A stretch of 64,000 bases of DNA from Lingula anatina (Eukaryota; Animalia; Brachiopoda), in the NCBI GenBank assembly GCA_051362555.1, contig CM120642.1:8494001-8558000 (forward strand). Reading direction: 5' to 3'. The notes below the pieces were generated by a model, which worked only from the letters and a program-made list of their open reading frames with translations, had not been told where the DNA came from and searched no databases. The first letter of the stretch is position 1, and every line of letters begins with the position of its first letter. Both the position numbers and the translations under genes were made by a program. Below, one piece after another: positions 1 to 11,834 of this stretch.

Positions 1-210
1 TTTCTTATAATAGGTACTGCCAAGATTAAAGTTTGATCCATTTTGACATTTTGTATATTAACGATGGATTTCTGATTCAGTAAAAAACGTGACCCACGAC
101 CGACATGGTAATCACAGCTGTGAGATAAATAGCCTCATTTTCACCGCTGTAACGGTGTGTGGTTGTTTTCATGGCAAGTGTGGAAAGTAAAGTACAAAAC
201 CTAACGTTAC

Positions 211-295
211 CTCCCATCCCCGTGACGCACGTGGTCGCCAGCAGGACACCAAAAGCCGCCACTGCAGTTATGATATTGAATCTGCTCATATTCAT
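211..295 (-). CDS. First (signal-peptide) exon of a probable paralogous lectin-ZP gene continuing off the left edge
   Basis: ATG at 295 gives MNMSRFNIITAVAAFGVLLATTCVTGMG, then phase-1 donor G|GTAACG. It is an 85-nt near-identical copy of exon 1 at 20830..20914. Confidence 0.7.
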
Positions 296-1033
296 ACTCC
301 TACCGGCGGTCTCCGCAGTATTGGTCAGCACCACTGTCTTCCCCAGCGCACGGGATTCGTCTCACTGAGGGTAAAAGGCACTGAGGGTAAAAGGCACATT
401 TGACGACCACACAGTGAAGACTGGCATGTGTTGAAGTGACACCTGATCGACAATGACCATGTGACCAATGCCAGTCCAAGGAGAGATGACAAGATCTCCC
501 TGCTTGACAGCCTTCAGAAATTCTCGGAAATTGGAAGGTCAAGTCCATGTCACTGTGACCTCCAAACAAATATATGAGCATAATAAGAAGATAAAAGAGC
601 TTTCTTTTGCTTAATTTATAAATTTTAGAGAGAGAGAGAAACTGTAAAGATTTAACGAAAAAAATATATTTCTAAAAACAAAGACGAACAAATTGTTGAA
701 CTTAAATCTAATCTTTATTGTTCTTGTTTGCATTGATTTTGGCACCTTTTATGATTTATCTGCAAGCTAGTGTCAAAAATATCGTATCCCGTTTTATGGT
801 TTTCTTTTTCACCTTTTCCCCATTATATCACCTCTTGTATCCTATGATCGAATAAAGAAAGTATACAATTATAAGGATTCCAAGTTTTCCATTTATTCCA
901 CCTTATCCGAGCCTAGAACACACGAAACTTGTCCGAGCTAATAGCCTCCTCTGCTCCTTATAGGGTCATTTTTTTCAACAAAAAGACGTTTCTTTTTTCA
1001 GTTGACTGACGTAGTCTACATATTGACAGACTA

Positions 1034-1259
1034 GGGTGCTTTCCCAGAGATTTAGATCGATCTAGAGATTAAGATTTAGATCGACCTAACTCCCTGGGGG
1101 TTCACGCTAAATTGCAGTCAGCCGAGCGGGCACCATAGTTAATTACCCCCTTACAGCTTTTAGTAGGCGGGACAGACGCTTAAGCCGGCCAAGCTGACAG
1201 TAATCTAGTGAGACTCCCCACAGGGATAGATCGATCTAAAAATCTATGGAAATGGGGTG
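1034..1259. mobile_element. MITE-like insertion with imperfect inverted repeats
   Basis: Arms 'tttcccagagatttagatcgatcta' and 'tagatcgatctaaaaatctatggaaa' are inverted, and TA flanks both sides. It is absent from the paralogous site near 21654 (gacagac-aaataccc). Confidence 0.75.
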
Positions 1260-2023
1260 TAATACCCTAAGGCGATGTTTTTAGGCAAATGTTAAGATTT
1301 TCTTCCAGTGTTGAATAACGTAGTCATTATAATTCGACAAAAAGACACTTCTTTTTTTCAGTTGAGTGACGTAGTCTTAGAGTCGCCAGATAAATACCTG
1401 AAGGCGATTTTTCCTGACCAATGTTAAGATTTATCAAAACAAAAATTTGGTACAGACTTGCTAACGACCCAGACAGTTGACACTACATTGCATACACGCT
1501 AAAAGCTGTCATTACTGTCCCAAAATTATGGTCCTCAAGTTAATAACATATGCTGAGATAACTATTTTATCATTTTATCATGTGAAGATGATATAAAAAA
1601 ACGATTTTTTTTACCTGTTGCAGATACTGTAATGATCATCATATTAAATACTAAGTTAAAAAATAGTCCCTACATGTACGACCTTTTTGGTAAAGCAATA
1701 AAAGCCATGCGCAATCGTGATCCTTTTTTTTATCTTGACACAACCTTGAAGAGGAAATGGCCTTAATACTGCCCGCTATCAATCATAAACAAGCAGGTGG
1801 AAGTATCATCGCTGTGTGTGTGTGTGTGTGTGTTTTCAGTGTCAGAGAAAAGCACGCTGTATTTTTAATATTCTCGTCTTTACAAATGGAAGGAGGACCT
1901 CAATTATCTTGAAAAAAATTACCCCCCCCCCCCCCACTTCTTATGTACTACTCTGGATACACTATATGCAGTAATGGACATGCCTTAGAATAATATGTAC
2001 GAAATAAAGAACAACACTTCATT

Positions 2024-2560
2024 TTAAAGTTCGTCCTTAGCATTTTAAGAAAAAGTCAATTCATATCTGTATATTTCCTTCAGTCCCTATTAAAGCTACT
2101 AGCTTGTTATGTATTACCCGACGTTTTCAGGTCGAAAGCATTCCATTTCTTTTGTCGGGTTGTTGTGCAACTTTGGGCAGACGTCATAGACCGAGTCTGT
2201 GCTGATGTTGATGTATAATTTGACTTTATCCTGTAATATTTTCAGGGCTTGATCTGCGGCGTAAGGGACGTAAGCACTTAAGGACGTAAGTCGATCACGG
2301 CCTCGAACTGCTCTACCCCCCCCCCCCCCCCACATCCCGTGCAAAGGCCCAGGGGATCTTCTCTGTTGCACGCAAAATATCTTACGTACGGCCTATCGTT
2401 ACAGCGGAATCCCAATACCATGCCACTCTGTTTACTATTGTGATATCATAAAAATCGCCATTTCGTTGTAGCAACCTCCCAACTGTGGCTGAGCCCATGA
2501 AGCCATTTCCGCCGAACACCAAGACGTGTTTCTTTGGTCTGGAGCTGGAATCTCCCTCGA
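2024..2560 (-). pseudogene. 5'-truncated, internally deleted, frameshifted copy of the KDEL-type SDR gene
   Basis: Encodes pieces KKHVLVFGGNGFMGS..., AYVPYAADQALKILQDKVKLY... and the end AKDEL* in different frames. Relative to 22534..23660 it has deletions of about 430 and 170 bp and no signal peptide. Confidence 0.93.
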
Positions 2561-3470
2561 GATTTAAATGCATCCCATATGTGTAACATTGGATAGAATT
2601 TATGTGTTGCATCTTCCACAGTGCTTAACCCATTTGGAACAGTTTCACATCTCCTTATTGTACAACATTTTAAGGGCTTACTTTTAAATACTAAAAAACG
2701 AACAAATATAGGCAAAATAAAGATCTTATTGTTGGGAGAACCGGACAACAAAATTTGTGCAAACCAAGGCAAACTGTGATATTTCGTTCCCCTGGCTTTC
2801 ATATTATGGTAAAGAGACTTCAATTTTGATTCACAGTCGTACTGGTGAGAGAAATCAGCCGTGGCGGTAAATGTTTAAATGGACGAAACTGCTTTCAAAT
2901 CGGGTTTTTGATAGGGTATATACATTGTACTGGCACCTTAATGATGTTTGAAGGCAAATTTAAATAAAATATTACCTATGAAATGAAACAAATTGGCAAA
3001 AAAACATTTATTATTATTATTTCCTAAAGAATGAAGCAGCTAAAGATAACTCTTTGCAACCCGCTGACTTCGCTGGGGGCTGCCATTTTTGTTTGTTTCC
3101 GGCTACTGGCACATGCACATTGTTGGCATGACTTGAGCAATCGGCGCTTGCACACCGCACACGCTGAGCCATTTGCCTCAAGAGGCCAAAAATATCAAAC
3201 ACGTGAGATTTTTGCTCAGCTGCGCGAGAGGCAAAAATCTCACCAAAATACCCCCGCAAACGACGAGAAAACGGCGCAGCGCAAGTGGCGCGCACCAATT
3301 GCTCACCGTGTGCGGGGTACTGCTTCAAACAGAGGATAACGAACAAAAAAATTATATAAATATCTTTATATCACATTGTTGTATAATTTACGACTGTTGA
3401 TGGATCCAACAAACAAACATGTGATTCGTAGTATATTCGTTGCCAAACATCGGCTCATTCGAACATTTAA

Positions 3471-4134
3471 TCATTTATTTCCTGACAATACCAAATTCTT
3501 TTTAGATAAATTAACCAGCCTCGATCTAGAAGAATATGTCCTGCACAACAATATTGAAACAACCAACAAAAGAATGAAAACTAATCCAGTACAAGCCGCA
3601 AGGAACATTAAATTGAAACTGTGTTCTTTGCATTTTCCACTATCTTTGGCAGTGTCCGGTGAAAAGTGTGCCTTGTTGCCTTCATAATGGGACAGAATTT
3701 GCGACTTCCCTGCAATACAAAGAAATGAATCCAATTTGAAGAGCGAAAATGGTCAAAATTTAAAACAGGCAAAACATACAAAAATATATTATAAATCTAG
3801 ATAATCTTAACTCTGCAAGACAGGCATAATATGTCGCCCCCTCAAGTTTATTAACACCACACTTTAAACGTGCTTAAGTCATCAATTGGCACTTAAGTAT
3901 CATGAGACAAACATAGTATTTAACATTCCACATACGTTCTAAGTTTGATTCAGTATCTTCCTGTACACGCAAGACTGTGGTCACAGCCATCTCTATGAAT
4001 TTCTTCGCTGCGGGATCGTCATCCGGTGAAGCCTGTCTTTCCGGTAGGGATAAACTCAACGCGTCGTGTTCCCCATTACTGCGTCGTTTACGACTACGTG
4101 GCAGCTTGTCATGTCCCGGGCCATGGCAGTGATT
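3471..4134 (-). CDS. Last two exons of the lectin-ZP gene: furin site, external hydrophobic patch, TM helix, short basic tail
   Basis: LPRSRKRRS (RxKR/RKRR furin consensus), AVTTVLRV (EHP-like), FNLMFLAACTGLVFILLLVVSILLC (TM), then RTYSSRSRLVNLSKKNLVLSGNK*. Confidence 0.85.
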
Positions 4135-7100
4135 CTAATATTTTGAAAACCCATTATATATTGTTTAGTTGTAATGATGTAATGCGTGTAATATGATGAT
4201 ATGGGTGATTGTGACATTTACTTATTTTAACAAGATCTTTAAGTTACAGCTGTTATTCACATTGTTACAGATGGCATTCTGTATATAGATACAAAGGCCA
4301 ATAAAGAAACTGAACTGGTCTGTCTTTATTTGATTGATTTAAAGAAAAAATATATATAACCAGAAGACAATTACCGTTGTGCAATAAGTTTCCTCCGAAT
4401 CCGCACATAATGCCACCAAGCATTGGAAGTAAACATCGGAATATCCAGTGAATTTAAAGGCATAGAAGGGGGCAGACACCGCTCTCGCTGAGGAATGTTC
4501 CAGCGGGGTAAATCCTTCCGTTTCAGCCAGAACTCTCCCCGTACCACATCTGAACATGTTCAATGGAAATTGGTATTGATTGTATAAATTGTTAAAATCA
4601 TTAAAAATTGCTGTTTAGAAATCGTACTCATTTCAAACAGCATACTTCAGTACGTGTACTTAAAAGACAATTACATCCGCAGCGAGTTTTTTTCCAGATA
4701 GTTACCTTCTAAGGTATACTACTCTTCTGATATGTATAGTTTAAGTTGAAAGTGAGGTACTAATACTAGTCTGTATTAGGTCCTATTCACATATGACGAT
4801 TACTTTTCATCTAAACTATTTTGGCCTTCTTTCTTACAAAGGAGTTTTTTCTTCTGGAGATCCATTGCCAATGGTCATATGGTCTAAATACTTACCCATC
4901 CTCTTTAGTCAGTACTCGAGAGGGGCTTGGGTTTCTGAGTGAGGGATATGCTGTGCAGTTGATTACACGGATGCCCTGAAAGGCTGAAAAGGTTTCACTT
5001 TCGTTATCATGCAAATACTAAAAGATTCAAAAACCCGTTCCTTCGTCCTCATAATTTATTTTTACATTTATTTGTGATTTCTCAAAACAAAAGTTAAAGA
5101 ATTAAGATGCGTCCGTTAGAAATGAAACAAAGTACAATGTATTCATCTTTCGGTACATGTACTATACTGAACATAAAAAATCAAAACTATAGTGGGGCAC
5201 ACAAAAGTGACGACAAATAATTCATAAGGGCAGTGAATGTTTAAAACTTGCCTGCGTGTCGACGTAATGAAGCCTGGAGGTGAACCTGGTCGCCCACACG
5301 AACTGTTGGCACCAGTTCGTCCGCCATATTTTTTACGGAAAGAGTTACATGCGCACGTCCACTGTTGATTTCGCTTCCGGCTTGCCTGCTTTCTAGCGAG
5401 GGGCCACTATAAAACCGTTGATATCAACTGTTTATCTCACTTGTATTGTTTCTTTTCTTTTCATTTTTCTTTATATACACTTTTACATTTTACATTTTCA
5501 TTCATATCACACACATACATTGCACTGTGGAGAAAAAACTACAAAAAAACTTACTGCTCTACATTAACACTACTGCCGACTACCCTTGAGTGGTCTTCGG
5601 TCTGGAATACACAGCACACCCTGTAGTGGTGGTCTCCTATGCTTATAGCTCCGGCCTCCACTTGTGCTACCACATTGATACAATGCACCAGGCTGTCTTC
5701 CTCCTTGGTCTGAGCGTGGAAGTGAGAGGAAGAGTAAAAGTTAAAGAAAGTAGAAATGAATGTGCCTTAACTTCTCTCTCATTCTACCTGTAGGTGTTTT
5801 TTAAACTAAAACCAATAATAATACATGTTTTGCTTAAACGATATTGCTGCCAAGTGTATTTTAGAAAAGGTTTCATATTCAACGTTTTTCTTAGAATAAC
5901 CATTATTATTATTTCAAATGCACCAACCAACTTTTGGTTGCAAATAAATATTATAGATATTATACCACTAACGAGAAAGTAAATTCCCCCAAATTCAAGG
6001 TATTATTGACTATGGATGTAACGGCATGATAATGATGAATGAAAGGGGAGTTGGTTAAATATTCAATACCTTGTTTAAATACATAATACATAACATGCAT
6101 AACGATTTAACTTACAATTGCAATTCCACACCTATTCCTTTCAGCTGCGTCATCGAGCATGACGTCTCTCCGATACTCTGTGGCATAACTGTGGAGAAAT
6201 GCGCATGCGCCAGCATCTTCTCCCTCGTTATACACGGCCGACACATTTGCCCACAGAATTCTAGCGTCATACGTCAGACTCATTATGTTACCAAATTTGC
6301 TTTTACTGCAAACAATTTCCCCTAAAGTATCGACAAATCTTGGGTAAAATAATCAATTTAAAGTCATAGAGTTATTCAAAAATATTTTATAAAAGAAATA
6401 CACCGATATATCCAAGTGTTCGACTTAAGCCTACTACAAAATTTAGCCAATATTAAAGTGCACATTTTATGTTACACATATCACTGACAATGGTACACAA
6501 GGAACATTAACTTATTTCTAAATTTGGATTCCAAACTATGACAAGGGAATTGCAGAGTAAGTTAGGTAACTGTGCTTTACTTACATGGGTCAATGTGGTA
6601 ATGTGATACCTGTTAAATAAGGATACATAATATTTACATAAGAACATGATTTGTCAATAGTATTGACGATTTTCCTGTAGGATTGTTTTGATATAATCTT
6701 AATCTAAGACTGCAGCAAACACAAATTATCACGAAATTCACTGCCTCTAGGGGATTTCACATTTTCATAAACTGTTATATCGTAAAACTTACTAAACGGT
6801 CTTCTGTTAGATCCTCATCGATTTCCCCATCGTTATCGTCGTCTAAAAATATTCGAAAAGGATTCAGATACATGATAAAATAGCTAATCAGCAATGGTTT
6901 TATTTCCGATGGATTACTTCTATATACATGTGTATATGGCAATTTATATTTGCCCACAGTCAGTAATTCCCCAAATAATTTAAAGTATCCATCGTGACTT
7001 GGAGCTCCCTCTTAAAAATAAACACCTTTAGGATTATTATTTACAATCGTAGTCACATGGAAATTTATCCAAAGTGCCTGACTCTTATTGCCTATATGCT

Positions 7101-10100
7101 GCCATATTGTAATTTTTCTCCACTCATCTATCACAGATAGGTCAGTTCGAGTACTCTCATATATTCCATGGAACGATTGCCAAATCCAAATTCGTGTTTT
7201 AATTTTAACCATCTTATGAATCACTTACCGATATGGTTGTAGACCTCCTCGTCAACAAACCCGTCACAGTCGTTGTCAATTAAATCCCCAGCCACTGTGA
7301 TGCTTGGGTGACATGGCTGAAATAACGCGAACAAAACTGAATTTCTGTTTTACCAATCGTTGCAGTCACAGCAAAACCTTCGGTGGGGCTACCTCAAAAC
7401 AAATGAGTGCATGTTGCAGTCAAACCTAAAACTATGTTATAGATGCAACGCGATTCAGCTAAGTGTTTCCACACATACATGCATCATTCTGAGCTAGGGG
7501 TGTTATATACCTGTATGACGTTTACACAATGTCCCATTCATAAGCAGTATGAGGCATGCGTGTATGCAAGATACAAAACGTTAGGTTGCTGCATATTTTC
7601 GACATCCGCTAGTTGTAATTTATCTACAAGTGTTATAATTATAATAAGGTAACAAGGAACTTTTCTTATAACCCAAATAATGGGAACAGGTATACTTACA
7701 TGCGTTATAGTATATAACGCCCCAGCAGGGAAAGCATGCCCGACGTTATCTCCATAACCATACACAGAGACTAGAACTCCTTCCTGTGGCTGATCATTAC
7801 TTATATAATGTGTTCCTCTATCAACATTTGCGGTGGTTGCGTTCAGTTGTAGCATGGGCGTTCTAATAGACAGGTCTGAATTCCAGTGCACTTGCCCTCC
7901 ATCCAACGTTAAGGTTTTGAGGCAATAGGAAATTGATATCATGCTGACGCCGTTTAAACGCGATCCAGCCGAGACAAAGGTGACGTTTTTGGGGGTCTGT
8001 TCAAATGGGGTTGCCACTGCAGTATCTAACCCCCCTGTTGTTGTTCCATCTTGGAAGTGATGCCTGCAAGACGTATGGACACCAACCAGAATTGGGTCAT
8101 GCTCCCGTGCGGTAATGGTCAGGAGAGACTGCGCATACGTTTCGTACGTAACATGCCTCTCGAGCGTTTCTGATAAAGTTGGTTGATTATTCCCTTGTGC
8201 AACGACGTAATTCTGTTCAGAGCGACTGGACAAAATCACCAAGGTCCAATTGTTGCTGGCCTCTGAATGCCTTGGTGATATGGTGTACATTCTTCCCCAT
8301 GCTGACATCGGCGGCATCATCTCTAGGACGATATCTTTCGTGGAGCCATACTGTTCTCTGGCACCGCTTATCACGGCAATGGGCCTGTCAGAATTGATAA
8401 AAGTTTGAGTTAAAGAGAACGCCTTACTGTGGATGTGAAATGTTTCATACTTGGACAGCCTGATTTCAAGCATACGGTGCCTTGTGAACTCGCTACCATT
8501 GTATAATACAAAAACACCCTCTACCTTTGGCATGGTGATTCGAACCCTGGTGTCGTTTTCCACTGCAATGATGATGATTTCCGAATGCTGGGAATAATCA
8601 TCATTGTGCCGTGAGTCAATGGAGCACAAGGCGACGTATTCTTGGCCTAATACATCAACTGGAAGGGCAAGGTATCCGCCGGAGAAACCGGGTCCTTCTG
8701 CGAGTCCAAATACTGCAATATCACGGGAACTTTCAACTAAGATGCTGTCTGTTGCAAAACCGGTCGCGTTCGACTTGAAAAGCGCTCTTGGCATGCTCAC
8801 CGTAGTCTCTTTGCCTTTCTGGACACTGACTGATACTGGTGGATAGTCAGGGTGCAATGGGGTGGACACTCGGACATCAGCAGGGGTGTCACTATAACTT
8901 GTCATCTTTAACATCAAACGCACATCTTTTTTATCGTCCGTGCAAGTGAAAGACGACAGTAGTGCGTTTCCAAAGAATGACAGGACGAAGCTTTTACCCA
9001 TGTTGTCTCTCTTCCCTGAAAGAGTGGTTGAACGGTAACAAGAATCGTGCTTTTGCAATGATAGAGGCATAAATTGTTTACGATATCTTTTATAACTAAT
9101 AGTAACTAATATAGTAACCACTGCAACTAGTAGTATTTCACTTATGTACTTGATATAAGAAAAACAATGCACCACGCGCGATTCATGTTAGACATGTTCG
9201 CCAACACAGACTTGTGAAGGCATGCACGCACACACGTCTACGCTAGCGCATGATGCTTCCGCACCACGCGTTCACAGCCACTCACACAACTGCCTCACAC
9301 ATTATAACTGCTAGCGTGCGCGCGCGTGCGTGTGGATGTGCACTGCTGCATTATATTGTATTATATCACTGGTAATCGATCTAACCAACATCTTCACGTT
9401 AATGCACGAACCTTCACTGGCCGCTGCTGTTCGGCTTGCTGGCTCACACGTGCAGTACACATAGGCCCTGTCATCTCCACTGTTGGTGCAGTTACCGTTA
9501 CCGTCACAAAGGCAATGGCAAGGTGCTGAAATATTAAAGAAAATATACAAAAAAAAAAACATTCTAAGATATAAAAATATAAAACAACAATAAAACCATT
9601 CAAAAATAAAAGTACCCGAGAAGGCACTGAAAACTGGCAATAGAAATGATCCCAAATTTATTGTCTTTAAACCTTTGTATTGGCTAGATCTGAAAAGCAA
9701 GTACCGGTACATCTAATTTTGTTGCATCTTCTTACTCGTAATGCAGGTCAATGCTGCGTGCATTCATTATGAGAAACAAAATTGTATCATTTTTCAGATT
9801 CATAAAAAATTATGAAATATGGATCTACTTACAGCACTCGAAATTCCTCTCATACCAACCAGGTTTGCATTTGCACACTGTCCCAAAAGGTTCGTCATGG
9901 ACACAATGGCTGCCATATACGTAACTTGCGCAATCCAGGTCATGATTGCAATCCATTCCCAGCACTGGACGAGATGACAAAACAATTGAACATGAAGAAA
10001 ATCAAATTAAATGATAACCAATATAACCATTTTTAATACCGTGCTAGTAGCTGTACACAACATGGTTTATTTTAAGCAAAATGATGGCCGACCTTTAGAC

Positions 10101-11803
10101 AGTTAAACGACAAAGACTTAATACCAAATATACCATTTCCAAAGATGAATCTCAAATGTCATTTTAGTTACTGCCATAGAAAGTAGTGTATCGAAGGGAG
10201 TATCGAAGGGAGATTATATTCCCCATATAGAACAACACATCAACATACGGCAATGACACTGTAGAAGATACTATAGAGTAATATAAAACCATTGACGTTA
10301 GATTCCAAGTATTTATATTGAAATATTATATAAATATTATGATATCATATTGACATTTAATTTATTCATAAAAATTTTATATAGCAATATTTATTTTGAG
10401 AAAATATAAAAAAACAGCTACAGTTGTTCATTGTATTTCAGTCGTGTTTGTACAAGATTTGACAAGGTTGAAAACGTTAACAGATATATTGAATAATAAA
10501 GAGAGTCTACCTTTCTCACAGTTACCCATATGATCCGGTGCAAACCCAGGTCTACACTCACACCTCCCTCTCCTACACACACTGTTGATATCAGAACCCG
10601 AGCATATGCAAAATTTTGATGGATCGATTTCTTCATCAAATGCTGAAAAAAAAGAGACCATACACGCTTTCCATTTCACAACGACAGTGTTCCTTACAAT
10701 CTACAGGTAAATTGGTGACAGTTATAATAGCAATCAAATTGAATTCTTTAGCAACAATGAATTGTTTTGCTGATCAAAGTACCTTCGAGTTTCAGGCCCG
10801 TTTTTCTAAACAAACCAGAGATTGCTTTGGTAATCGCTGATAGGATACTTACTCTGATAATAACCGCCTGAACCACTGGTTTCGATAATTATTGTAATTC
10901 TATCAGGCTCCTCCGCATCGCCTTCAAAAGCACTGACCGTCAAGTAATAGGTATGCTGTCCCTGTAAGCGAGCACGAATCTTAGAATTTAATCTTACATC
11001 ACCGTCGTCGTTTCTAACAATTATGCTTGATGGCAGAGGTTGTGACGTCATAGGATCAATGGCGCCATATAATTCCATGAAGGCATCACAGCCTTCATAA
11101 CCCAACGAAATCCTAATGTCGATGGTGTCTTGTAGAGTGAAACTGTACACAGTGTCCCCTTTTGATAAGACGCTCCGTCCACCTGTGTGTATGTTTGGGG
11201 CGTACTTATTGTACTTCGTGTATACGTCATATGTATGGTTGGAAACCAGTACTCCAAGATCCATGACAAGAACTGACAAAGAAAAGAAGAACAATGGTTT
11301 TTGCTTCAACGTATTATTTACAACGGTAAAGGGGAGTGTAATGCAGCAAAGTGGGAATGATTTACATCTTCTATCATGTGTAGGCATAAGGAATATAATA
11401 AATGTGCTGAACTCTGCCAAAAATCAGGAACTGATTATTACAACGACTTAAATCAAGGTCCTCAGCCTGAGCAGAACACGTCGGCCCCTTATTACAAGGT
11501 GACATTTTACTGTAGACTAACACCACGCCGCTGCTAATTTGACACGTCACTATTTTTTTGGTCCAAACAACATCTACATGGCTGATGTGAGAACCATTCA
11601 GTCCATTTATACCCGCTATATACACTCAAGGAAAAAAAATGCAACACTCAGTTTTGGTAGTTTTTGGGGGGCAGAATAATTTTATTTTGAGATCTGCCAG
11701 GTTTATATGAACCCTACATCAATTTCTAATCCTGAGACCAACTTTTTTGGCATTTACACATTTTTGAGTCCAATAACACAACCAAACAATAGAGCACCCC
11801 CTC

Positions 11804-11834
<31 letters not shown>

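Larger units (their letters stand above)
1..2560. repeat. Segmental (tandem) duplicate of 20644..23660: exon 1 and upstream region of the lectin-ZP gene plus part of the SDR gene
   Basis: Long near-identical blocks shared with 20644..23660, e.g. 'ttctaaaaacaaagacgaac...ccttatccgagcctag' and 'cagtgtcagagaaaagcacgct'. Similarity ends abruptly at 'tctccctcga' (2560 = 23660). Confidence 0.95.

Noticed and set aside
3017-3400. Overlapping 75-109 aa ORFs in a GC-rich patch
   Set aside because: No recognisable motifs or splice context. It may be a repeat fragment at the duplication junction, but termini could not be defined.
7538-9175. 545-aa ORF as a stand-alone gene with N- and C-terminal hydrophobic segments
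   Set aside because: Both ends are intronic read-through. The true exon is 7700-9015, with good splice sites and matching phases.
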